In this document: in pieces, positions 38,314-47,600 of the stretch
Layout of the letters: the number at the start of each line of letters is the position of its first letter
How positions within the stretch are numbered: position 1 is the stretch's first letter
Virus record (IMG/VR): IMGVR_UViG_3300010163_000018
Span: 1-64,000 of that record
Length of the DNA stretch: 64,000 nt
Direction: 5' to 3' (one strand)
DNA from: a virus
Taxonomy: Duplodnaviria; Caudoviricetes
The notes under the pieces: model-generated
Told to the model about the DNA's origin: nothing
Databases searched by the model: none
The model's input: only the letters and a program-made list of their open reading frames with translations
Translations under genes and position numbers: made by a program

Positions 38314-40233
38314 ATGGCAAAAAATACAGATGTATTGAGCCAATTCGCTTCCGCTGGTAATGACGCTGTCGGTCTTATTAATAGACTTGACGACGCAACC
38401 GGTAAATTCCAACCTGGGAAGAGAAAAGGTTCGATTGTCAAAGCCGCACAGGGGAATGTATTTGAATTCCCTGTATTCTTTTCAAACAGCATTCCTGTTG
38501 ATTATGCTGAAGCGGTATCATCATTACTTGAACAAGTATATGCTGCATATCTCCAGATGGCTATATCAATCAACCCCGTCGTCGATGCCGATTCCATTAA
38601 GAACGGACTTCAGTTCGCCGATTACAAAACAAACACCAACAAGTATCTTGAATGTGTTGACAGTGATTTCCAGAAGGATGCATGTCATGCTGTCTACCAG
38701 GAGGGAGCATACAAATTTGAATTCGACATGATGTCCATTGAAGATAGAGATGCTCGTATCATCAATGAATCTGTTAATTATCAACCTTTGTCTGAATTCT
38801 CACATTTCTTCCAAGAGGCTGAACATCCTGATTCATATTATGAAGAAAGAATCCCACTTCCAAAACTTGAGACCAATGATGCAACGGGAAGACCGGAACT
38901 CGTCCTGTTACATTCCGGATTTTCAAATCAGATGCCTCTATATGATGTCGAACGTGATAAAAATGGAGAGATCGTTTATGGTACATTAGACGAAGTACGT
39001 ATGAGACTTGTCAGTGCGGCCAAAGTTGATACAAACGAGACCGATAATGGTAAAAGAAAACAGGAGCCTGCATATGATGCGTATATAAGATCTGTAAGAA
39101 ATTATAAACTGGCAATGCCGGCTCAGAGCGAAATAGATAAGCTTTCAAGAGCTGAGGATGATTATTTGAGAAACAATTCTGATCCTTTAGGAAATAGGCT
39201 TGATACTTTAAATGAAAGACGATTTCATGCAGCACGGGCTGATGAAAAGGAGGCCCAGGCTCGTAGGGCTAACAGTCCATATTACCGTACAAATGATGCT
39301 ATTTCTACCGGTGCTAATACAGTAGGATCTGTAGCAAACGCAGTTAAAAACACAACAGATGCAATATACAATGTGGGAACTCTTGGTACACGTATCAAGG
39401 ATACAAAGCTCAATCATGAAGTTCTCAAAGACAGAGTTGCCAATCTTGATACTGATAGGGCTCTCAAGAAAACTGAAGTCATGGCGAAAACAGCTGCAAA
39501 GGCACCTGAATATGTTGATGACGGTAAGTGTGCAAAACTCAATACGATGAAGCCGCTGTTGATGCGTGTAACGATCAACATGCTCAACAAGGACGAGTCA
39601 CTCCAGCCTATCAACTACATCGTTGGTGTTAAGACACATAACCGTGTCATTCCTGCAAGCATACTTCCGGAAGTTGCTCGTTATCCTCTTAAGGAAATGG
39701 ACAAAATCGCCAGAAAGATCAAGTGGAGAGCTGGAGAAATCAAGTTCTTCAAGGATCTTGTGTTCCGTATAAAAGAGAAGAAACAGACTGCCGCTGACTC
39801 AAGGGATCCCAACAGAAAGTGGTATCGTCGTCTTTATGAACTTGCACATATGAAGGGTGATGCTCCAGCCACAGCAGTTGTACAGGGCAAGTCTCTGTTT
39901 GCAACATTTATTCGTGATAAACAGGGTAAGGGCAATATCAAGAACGGTATGATTCCGAATGCATCGATTGTTATGTCTCAAGCTGACGTTGATAACATTA
40001 AACGTCAGACAGAGATTAATCTGCTCAAGGGATCAACTGCTAAGACTTTCTGTAGAGAGTTATTCTTGATAAGCCTTGTTATTATAGACACGGATTCGGA
40101 GTCTATTAAGATAATGCTTCCTGATATGAATAATGACTTTGATGTACATTCTCTTGGTGCTGTAAACAAGCAGCTTGCAATGCTTGACACAGCCGGTACA
40201 AAAACAAGAGACATGTTCAAATTACTTGGTTAA
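38314..40233 (+). CDS. Virion structural/internal head protein, 639 aa
   Basis: AAGGAGG RBS. Contains FFQE168|A. Lies in the structural gene context. No specific family named. Confidence 0.6.
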   Translation: MAKNTDVLSQFASAGNDAVGLINRLDDATGKFQPGKRKGSIVKAAQGNVFEFPVFFSNSIPVDYAEAVSSLLEQVYAAYLQMAISINPVVDADSIKNGLQFADYKTNTNKYLECVDSDFQKDACHAVYQEGAYKFEFDMMSIEDRDARIINESVNYQPLSEFSHFFQEAEHPDSYYEERIPLPKLETNDATGRPELVLLHSGFSNQMPLYDVERDKNGEIVYGTLDEVRMRLVSAAKVDTNETDNGKRKQEPAYDAYIRSVRNYKLAMPAQSEIDKLSRAEDDYLRNNSDPLGNRLDTLNERRFHAARADEKEAQARRANSPYYRTNDAISTGANTVGSVANAVKNTTDAIYNVGTLGTRIKDTKLNHEVLKDRVANLDTDRALKKTEVMAKTAAKAPEYVDDGKCAKLNTMKPLLMRVTINMLNKDESLQPINYIVGVKTHNRVIPASILPEVARYPLKEMDKIARKIKWRAGEIKFFKDLVFRIKEKKQTAADSRDPNRKWYRRLYELAHMKGDAPATAVVQGKSLFATFIRDKQGKGNIKNGMIPNASIVMSQADVDNIKRQTEINLLKGSTAKTFCRELFLISLVIIDTDSESIKIMLPDMNNDFDVHSLGAVNKQLAMLDTAGTKTRDMFKLLG

Positions 40234-40248
40234 TGAGGTGGGATTTGA

Positions 40249-41250
40249 ATGTTTAAAAAAGATAAGAACGAAGCATCGAAAGACCATGCATATGTAGCTG
40301 TCGAATCAATGCTTAATAATCTGAAAAGGCTCTATTCAAACAAGAGTGATGAATTATACAAATGCAAGGGTGATATTTCAAAATCACCCTCATATTATCT
40401 GCTTGAGGCACGGGTAGCTAATCTATCTTCGGTTAAAAAGTATCCTGCTGCCGAAACACAAGCATTGAAAAACATGTTCAATGTGTTACATCGTCCAATC
40501 TTCAATAAGATGGTTATGGAGTTCTTGAACAAACCTGAAGAAAGAAATATCATCTTCACAGCGTTCTTCACAACGGGTTACAGAGTTCTCGCTGGTGAAC
40601 TTGCCCGAGTATTTACTTCTGTCAAGGCAACTGATAAGGGGTTCATTTACCATCCGGATAAAATATCTCGTAAAGAGAGTACAATGAAGTTTATCAAAAA
40701 ATTCAACAATGAACTTGAAAAAGGTATTGATGATATGATTAAGAGAGAACACAGACCAGTACAGGAAGCTGCAATCTTGAGTGCCGTAACAGATGTGGCA
40801 AATCTTGCGGTTGGTATGGTTGAAGGTGTGTTCGGGGTTATCAATGGAATATTCCGTTCTGCAGCATCTCTCAATCCTATTTCTTTTATGAGTGCAATCC
40901 TTACGAGAAGTTACGACAAGAAAGTCGAGAAGTTCCAAAAGGTCGCCAAAGAATACGAAGTAGCATTGAAATTGTATGAGGATTACAAGAAACTTCCTGA
41001 AACAAACAGAAGGGCTCGTCAGGAACATAAGTACGCCAAGATCGTTGAGAAGTACAATATCAAGATGGAGAAGCTTAAGGCTGAAATTGACCACTATGAT
41101 ATGCGTGCTAAAGAAGAGGCCGAAGAGGATATTGCGGAGATCAAGAAGAAAAAAGATTCGAAGAAAACTGAAACGCAAAACAATTCAGACTCCAAGGATT
41201 CTGATTCTTCATCCGACGACAATTCCGACAATGATGGTTTTGATTTCTAA
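40249..41250 (+). CDS. Virion structural/internal head protein, 333 aa
   Basis: PVQE173|A followed by a long amphipathic/hydrophobic segment, a coiled coil and an acidic tail. Confidence 0.55.
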   Translation: MFKKDKNEASKDHAYVAVESMLNNLKRLYSNKSDELYKCKGDISKSPSYYLLEARVANLSSVKKYPAAETQALKNMFNVLHRPIFNKMVMEFLNKPEERNIIFTAFFTTGYRVLAGELARVFTSVKATDKGFIYHPDKISRKESTMKFIKKFNNELEKGIDDMIKREHRPVQEAAILSAVTDVANLAVGMVEGVFGVINGIFRSAASLNPISFMSAILTRSYDKKVEKFQKVAKEYEVALKLYEDYKKLPETNRRARQEHKYAKIVEKYNIKMEKLKAEIDHYDMRAKEEAEEDIAEIKKKKDSKKTETQNNSDSKDSDSSSDDNSDNDGFDF

Positions 41251-41268
41251 ACAAAAAATATGTATATG

Positions 41269-41297
41269 AATCAACGGGGCGCAATGCCCCGTTGATT
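41269..41297. terminator. Bidirectional GGGGC-family hairpin
   Basis: AATCAACGGGGC-GCAAT-GCCCCGTTGATT between convergent genes. Confidence 0.8.
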
Positions 41298-41309
41298 ACA
41301 ATACTAAAC

Positions 41310-41477
41310 TTAATAGTTTACGATGTACGCCTCAGCCGTTGCGCGATCCATACTTGAACGGACGTCGTCATCGCAAGGAACTTCAATATCCTCTACATCA
41401 TCAGGCTTACTGAGTATGTGTTCTCTGATGTCTGCAAGAACCATTCCGATGAGTTCACCATAGCTGCAATTATCCAT
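41310..41477 (-). CDS. Hypothetical protein, 55 aa
   Basis: The ATG overlaps the TAA of the upstream gene (TAATG), with GAGGAG upstream. MDNCSYGELIGMVLADIRE... Confidence 0.6.
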   Translation of the reverse strand: MDNCSYGELIGMVLADIREHILSKPDDVEDIEVPCDDDVRSSMDRATAEAYIVNY

Positions 41478-41938
41478 TACGTCTCTCCTCCGCATTTTAT
41501 GCTGTTCGAAACCAGCTGTAAGTCCTGTTTAAGCTGTTCGATCTGTGCATACGAAGCACTGGTTCTGGCGAACGCGATACGACTCTCGTACGTATCTTTT
41601 AACTCCGCATAATTTGGGTAATGTTTAGCGAATATATCCCCAAGACCGTATGTCATAAATCCGTTCTTATCATTGATGATATCAAACACGATGATAGAAC
41701 AGTTGGCCTTAATAGCCATTTTGATAAAATGTTCAGCAGATACATATGTGTCATGGTTCTCCAGAATTACACCAACAACATTTGATGAATCGGTGAGCGC
41801 ACTTATCTGCTCGGGACTGTAGACCTCACCAAGTAAGGCTTTGAAGCCTTCAACAGCAAAACCAAACATGGGTAATGCACATGTATAGTTTACTTCAGTT
41901 GAGTACTCTGATAAGGAATACATTCTAATGTCTTTCAT
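41477..41938 (-). CDS. Hypothetical protein, 153 aa
   Basis: AAAGGAG RBS on the minus strand. No family recognised. Confidence 0.75.
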   Translation of the reverse strand: MKDIRMYSLSEYSTEVNYTCALPMFGFAVEGFKALLGEVYSPEQISALTDSSNVVGVILENHDTYVSAEHFIKMAIKANCSIIVFDIINDKNGFMTYGLGDIFAKHYPNYAELKDTYESRIAFARTSASYAQIEQLKQDLQLVSNSIKCGGET

Positions 41939-42058
41939 GTTAACAACTCCTTTAAAGTTTTAAACGTAGTCTACAGTACACTTACTATTACCCACGTCAA
42001 TATTATTATATATAGATTTAGAAAAAGAAAAAATAGAAATACTTTAGACAATAGATAT

Positions 42059-42076
42059 AGATATTATTAAAATGAA
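42059..42076 (+). promoter_or_regulatory. Putative early promoter variant (AGATATTATT-AAAA-TGAA)
   Basis: One mismatch to the consensus. Directly upstream of the AAGGAG and ATG at 42090. Confidence 0.5.
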
Positions 42077-42089
42077 AGGAGTGATAATA

Positions 42090-42488
42090 ATGCACATTAC
42101 AAATATCTTAAACCTAATAACAGATATATGCATATACTATTACATTGAATACTATAAAAGGATATTGGGTAAAAAGCTTAACATATCAGATAATATCCGT
42201 AATGTATTAATGAAAAACATATATTGGGGATATATAAATGCATTCCATACATCTTTTGTATATGATATACAGATTATGGAATTTCCTTACGATAAACATT
42301 GTACATTAAATGAAGATGACATTTGTATTGATGGTATGAAAAAGGTAATTGACGAATATATAGAAACACATCGTCGTTATTATAATCATTCACCACATGT
42401 ATTATCTATGAGCAATCATCCAATAGAGAACTTTATGCATTTTGATCATAGATGGATAAAGAATTCACTTGATGTATATTTGTTTTAA
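42090..42488 (+). CDS. Hypothetical protein, very AT-rich
   Basis: AAGGAG RBS at 42076-42081 supports ATG 42090. Confidence 0.6.
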   Translation: MHITNILNLITDICIYYYIEYYKRILGKKLNISDNIRNVLMKNIYWGYINAFHTSFVYDIQIMEFPYDKHCTLNEDDICIDGMKKVIDEYIETHRRYYNHSPHVLSMSNHPIENFMHFDHRWIKNSLDVYLF

Positions 42489-42537
42489 AATAGATAAAGA
42501 CAAAAGAAAGAAATAACAATGAAAGGAGTGATAAACT

Positions 42538-42735
42538 ATGGAAACTTATTCCATCACCATATTAGATAAAAACCATAAAAAAGTTGGTGAATTAATGACA
42601 GCTACAGGAACCGAAGTATTGTCATTAATCAACAAGGGTTTCACAGTGGAAGATAAGGCATCTGGTAAACAGATAACCGAAGATTCCATAAACACTGTGA
42701 TGGGTGTATCCGATGGACTTATTAATATCGGATAA
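42538..42735 (+). CDS. Hypothetical protein, 65 aa
   Basis: AAAGGAG RBS and a compact ORF. Confidence 0.7.
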   Translation: METYSITILDKNHKKVGELMTATGTEVLSLINKGFTVEDKASGKQITEDSINTVMGVSDGLINIG

Positions 42736-42831
42736 TTTTTGTCTTACGATACACATATGATTACAATGGTTACGAGAGATATGTAATGTATCTCTTGTTA
42801 ATACATCAACATCCACAAGGAGGAAATAACA

Positions 42832-43260
42832 ATGGCAACTACAAAAACATTTTCATTTGCTGCACTTGCTAATTATGGCAATAGCTCAGCAACACCAGCA
42901 GAGAACTTCCAGAAGGCTTTCGTAACTGATGCTAAGAAGTTCTATGCAAAGGCAGGTTATCCGTCAAAGGATGAAATCGGTATTCTCGATGAGATCAAAC
43001 CCGATGTATCCAATACGGTTTCTGCAATTCCTGAATTTGTCTCCGGCTTCATGCATGACGAACAGAGATCATTCGATCTTCCCGCACCCGATGACAACAC
43101 GGCACCGGCAACTCTTACAGTTGTTCATGTGCCTGAAAAGACTACTGAAGGTGTTGTGACAATCGACGGACCCAACAAGGGTGAAAAGTGGACATCGACT
43201 GTCGGCGAGCATGATGAGCTCAAGGTTAAGAACCGCCGCAACAAGTTCAAGAAGAAGTAA
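42832..43260 (+). CDS. Highly expressed small protein, possibly HU/IHF-like DNA-binding protein
   Basis: AAGGAGG RBS and C-ending codon bias like the capsid gene. LTVVHVPEKTTEG...GPNKGEKWTSTV...ELKVK plus a basic tail resembles an HU beta-arm. The similarity is weak. Confidence 0.4.
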   Translation: MATTKTFSFAALANYGNSSATPAENFQKAFVTDAKKFYAKAGYPSKDEIGILDEIKPDVSNTVSAIPEFVSGFMHDEQRSFDLPAPDDNTAPATLTVVHVPEKTTEGVVTIDGPNKGEKWTSTVGEHDELKVKNRRNKFKKK

Positions 43261-43315
43261 TAAGAAATCTCCGAGCGTTTCGAATGCTCATATATCTCCA
43301 GTTTGTGGGAAAGAC

Positions 43316-43357
43316 CCGGGTCCAAATGGACCCGGAATTCCCATGTATTTTTTTTTT
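43316..43357 (+). terminator. Intrinsic terminator
   Basis: CCGGGTCC-AAAT-GGACCCGG, then a T10 run at 43348-43357. Confidence 0.7.
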
Positions 43358-43369
43358 GAGGTGATAACT

Positions 43370-44302
43370 ATGAAAGTTCCAGAAACTAACACCCAAGTCC
43401 CTGTCATTAATAAATCCGTGACAACAGCCCGTGTTATTCAAAATATGTTATTGAACATATGCGGAACGAACATACAGTTCATTGATGATCCTAATGAAGC
43501 ACAATGTTTGATAGCTGTTCAACAGGATGGGTTGGTAATTAAATATATCCCGGAACACAATAGGACTATTAATGTCAATAAGGCCGCTATTCAGAATGCC
43601 CCCGAGGCAATAAAATTTATCCAGATAAAGTCTTTAGAAGAGTTCTGTGAGTACTTGGAAATAGACAACGACATTTTACAATCTGTCAACTTTAACAATA
43701 TGCCAGAATCATTGAGAGATGTGATTCTGGATTATTTGATCAGTAAAGATCCATATTATATCCTACGGACTAATGTAGAGTATACATCAGTTGAAATGTG
43801 GCTGGCTGCAATTGAAGAACAACCGGATATATTGGAAAAAATGAGTAGTGTTGAATATGACAAATTCGGAGATGAACTAATTAATCAATTAATTCCCCGT
43901 TTCCCAGACTATCTTATCCGATCTTACTGGATAGACCGGATGAATGGACAACAGGTAAAATGGTTAATAGAACAGCGTCCTCTTGATGCCAAACGTATTA
44001 TTGAGAAAAGATCAAGCCGCGAATATACTGAGTTAGGTATATATGCTGTTGGAATACAACCATCAGTGGTGTCCTCTGTTGCAAGAACCTTTGAATTCCA
44101 TGAAGATATATTCAAGTTTTATAAAACGGCTATATCCGTATACGGAAGCATAGCTGTTGAATATATCTGTGAATCTGATCTCCATGATAAGCATCTTGAG
44201 GATTTCATTGTGACGCACTTTACCAAATATGCGCTTAAAAAATTAAATTATAAACCCAAGAAAATATCAAATAAACTCAGGCTGTTGTTTAGACGGTATT
44301 AA
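43370..44302 (+). CDS. Helical-repeat protein (DUF4116-like)
   Basis: GAGGTG RBS before ATG 43370. The ORF-track start at 43181 overlaps the previous gene. Repeats AVQQDGLVIKYIP, AIQNAPEAIKFI, AAIEEQPDILE and AVGIQPSVV. Confidence 0.6.
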   Translation: MKVPETNTQVPVINKSVTTARVIQNMLLNICGTNIQFIDDPNEAQCLIAVQQDGLVIKYIPEHNRTINVNKAAIQNAPEAIKFIQIKSLEEFCEYLEIDNDILQSVNFNNMPESLRDVILDYLISKDPYYILRTNVEYTSVEMWLAAIEEQPDILEKMSSVEYDKFGDELINQLIPRFPDYLIRSYWIDRMNGQQVKWLIEQRPLDAKRIIEKRSSREYTELGIYAVGIQPSVVSSVARTFEFHEDIFKFYKTAISVYGSIAVEYICESDLHDKHLEDFIVTHFTKYALKKLNYKPKKISNKLRLLFRRY

Positions 44303-44320
44303 ACGGTAAATATATATTAA

Positions 44321-44342
44321 CACGGGGGCATATGCCCCCGTG
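44321..44342 (+). terminator. GGGGC-family hairpin
   Basis: CACGGGGGCA-TA-TGCCCCCGTG, nearly the same stem as at 24841. Confidence 0.75.
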
Positions 44343-44384
44343 ATTATAATTCTAAGTCCTTTCTATTTTTATTACTTTCTATAC

Positions 44385-44439
44385 ATATATTATTTATATG
44401 AATAAGAAAGTAGAAATACTGACGTTATTCAAATAAATA
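44385..44439 (+). promoter_or_regulatory. Putative early promoter plus 5' stem-loop
   Basis: ATATATTATT-TATA-TGAA. Inverted repeat TATTTATATGAATAA (44391-44405) / TTATTCAAATAAATA (44425-44439) with one mismatch. Confidence 0.65.
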
Positions 44440-44458
44440 TAGAAAGGACGATGAGCAA

Positions 44459-44608
44459 ATGTTCAACACGTTTGTTGAGATAAACAGCCATCTCATAAGG
44501 CTGTATCAGGAACTCGGTAAGGTTGTTGTCCGTGATAACAACAATGGATTGATAACCTACGAACATCCTGAATTTGGCGTTCTCGCTACGGTGAGATATG
44601 CCAAATAA
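44459..44608 (+). CDS. Small early protein, 49 aa (not in ORF track)
   Basis: AGAAAGGA RBS precedes MFNTFVEINSHLIRLYQELGKVVVRDNNNGLITYEHPEFGVLATVRYAK. It has its own promoter motif and terminator. Confidence 0.65.
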   Translation: MFNTFVEINSHLIRLYQELGKVVVRDNNNGLITYEHPEFGVLATVRYAK

Positions 44609-44616
44609 AAAGATTC

Positions 44617-44670
44617 AAGACGGGTTGAACATTAATCATATGTTAATCTCCCCACCCGTCTTTTTTTTTC
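44617..44670. terminator. Hairpin with T-tract between convergent genes
   Basis: AAGACGGGT (44617-44625)...ACCCGTCTT (44654-44662) followed by a T run. Confidence 0.65.
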
Positions 44671-44675
44671 TTGGA

Positions 44676-47600
44676 TTATCCTCTTGATAATCTTGTTACT
44701 TGTTCTGGAATGTCATTGCTTTGGAAAAGATTTGTATCCGTAGCATCCGTTGTAGGTTGCGGTTTGGGTTTATCACCGTCAATCTTCTCAATGAGTTCCT
44801 CGAGCAATTGTTCTACACGTCGAGCACGAACATTGAATGTCATCTTGCTCATTTTGTCTAACAATTCTGAATTGTTTGTTTGATCTGGTTTTATATCGTA
44901 TTTATTTACGATGATAGGACTTACTCCATTATTTTCATTAGATTCATCCATAAGCTTGGACATATCAAGAGGCGGAACATCCATCTGTACATTATTAGAT
45001 CCATATACAGAATCCGTCCAGAAGTCTGATACATCGCCACTACCCTTCGGCGCAGTAGCACCGGAGAACGCGAATTTTGAATTACTGGAATCATCTTCAG
45101 CAGGGGCTTTTGAACCAACATATCTAAGTGTAGTTCTAAGACCAGGATATGACGGACCCATAGTCCATTGTAATTTAGACCGCCAGTTTGGATCTCCGTC
45201 AAGATAACTCTTTGCTTGTCCAGGTCCAACTATTGCTGTTCTCGAACCATTGCCTGCATCAAAGCCTAAAGCATTTTGATCATCAGAACCGGGTTGAATA
45301 TACATTCCGACATGCTCTTGTGTTGTTATGATATCTCCTTCTTGCATGTCATTCGGATCAAAATCCATAAATATCCAATCGTCTGAAGGTTTTCCATCAG
45401 GACCAAGAATGAAACCGTCACTACCTCGTTTTCCAACGATGTCATACGTACACCATCTATATTTATCACAAGATCCTGCCTGACTCTTGGTTGGGTCAAA
45501 TGTATAACCCATATAGTTCATAGTTGCACTAAGCATACCAGAACAGTCTGGGTGAAGGTGCTCAAGAGTAATACCGCTACGTGTTGTAACAGGTCCTCTG
45601 TTGCCATGATCATATGTTCCTGAAGGCACTTTATTAGTGTATGCCTCCCATACCTGTGATGCAGCTTCAATCAGATCACCTTTATTACCTCCGGTTGCAT
45701 TGGACACGGTTGATACAAATCTGCCATTAATAACTCCTTCCTTATCTGAGGCCTTGTTTGACGAACCCGATGGACTAATATGTTTATTACCGAAAGAATT
45801 ATAATATTCTTCGGCAGAATTATGTCTCGCAACAACACCATTGGGATTTGATTGTAACATCCATGGATATGCTTTGAGGACCTGTTCATCACTGGTATAA
45901 CCTGTTCCTGCTTCATATTTCCAAAGAAAGATCTTGTTTGCCTCAACAGGATTTGAAGCATTTTTAATAGGCTCAAATATTCCACGTTCTTTAAGAACAG
46001 ACAATATTGCGTCAAGTTGTGCTGGCTTGTCTGTTATCGATTTTCCCTTCTTAACGGTTTTATTATATAAATCCCTTTTAAGACCAGACGATGTGAATTG
46101 TGCTATACCGAAACCTACTGCCTCACCAGGCGTCTGTCCACCATATGCTGTTGCATGTCTTCCATATACAAAGTCATCTTCTGATTCCTTCTTACTGTCA
46201 ACATCAGCGGCATACGAAGCATCACCTTCTGCTCCTGCTTTATAACCGAACTTGTCTTGATAAATATTTTCGAGATTATCATATTGGAAATTAGATTCGT
46301 GTTTGAAGCAGCCCATCATACCAGCGGCACCAATAGGAGACATTCCAGCACTTACCAAATAACTGTATGTCTGCTCTTCTGGTGTATCACCTGACAATTC
46401 ACCGCCACTTTCTTCGAACTTCCAATATGTCAATGGGTTAATATGACCATCATCTCCTGTTTGACGACTGTTAGATTTAGTAACCATGTAACGTAATAAC
46501 TTAAAGTCCTCACTACGTCCAGTCATACCGGTACTACCGAACTTACCCAGTATCTGGTTAGGTTCAATGTTTGAACCCTCTTGAACAGCTTTGTCAACTT
46601 CATCAAGATGGAAGTACCAGTGATACATACCTGCAGAATCTCTCCATTTAACGGAATTTCCAAGACCACCGTTTGGATCGGAGTTACCATGTTTACCACC
46701 ACGAGTTACATATGTTACAGTACCACCAGTGATAGCACGGACAGTATCGTCATTGCCTCCATTGTTAATAACAATAGCTTCTGAGTCATTACCTGTTGAT
46801 CCAACACCTTCTTTTGATACAGGTGCATCAGATTTTCCATACCAACCACTATCAAGCGTTGATATACTCGTCAATCTTTTACTATCATCATCAAATGCAT
46901 CACCTGATGTTGCAGCGAAATAGTCATGTACGGGTGATTTAGAAGAAGTTTTGTCAGAAATGTCTGTTATTGTATTTATTATAGGACTAAATGGAGCCAT
47001 TTCTGCACCAAGAGCAGATTCACCAGAGCTACCTGCTGAGTCAATTTCGCTGAGATCAATTTTCTCCATAGCTGATGATGCTTCTTCATAACCAGCAGCA
47101 GCCTCTTCGGCGCCTTTCAACATGTTCTTTCCGCGTTCACTACCCTTGTCGTATGCAGCTTGACCGCCGAGTTTTACAATGTATGAATTACCTTTTTTCT
47201 CCCATAGTTTTTCCATACGTGTTTCATATGCGGCATCGTCTTCTCCATCACGTTTTGGATTATCTGCTTTGAGTTGATCTTTGGCTTGTTTTTCTATAGC
47301 TTCGTATTCATCACCGAGTTCACGTTTTATAGTTTTAGCTTTATTTTCTTCATCGGCTGCTTCTATTGTCTTCTTCATACTATCGGCCTTTGAATCACCG
47401 GTAAATATAGAAGTAAGTTTTCCAGTAAGAGTTTTGAGTTTGTTGAGAGCTTCTGTTGTTGCTTCATCAAAACCATACTGTTCATATTCATTCTCCTCAT
47501 CACCAGATCCATACAGACCCAATTTAGAGTTCAATGTTAATGATGTAGCCGACTGTCGTTCAACCTTGCCTGTCATAGGATTAGCAACATAAGCACCACC

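Noticed and set aside
41955-42000. Host sigma-A promoter (TTGACG...TACTGT) for the minus-strand 41938 gene
   Set aside because: The -10 match is poor and the spacing is 16 nt in very AT-rich DNA. Possible, but not supportable from sequence alone.
43181-43369. N-terminal extension of the DUF4116-like ORF, with the T10 run at 43348-43357 as a phase-variable tract
   Set aside because: The extension overlaps the preceding gene and its terminator. The RBS-supported start is 43370, so the T run is the terminator tail outside the CDS.
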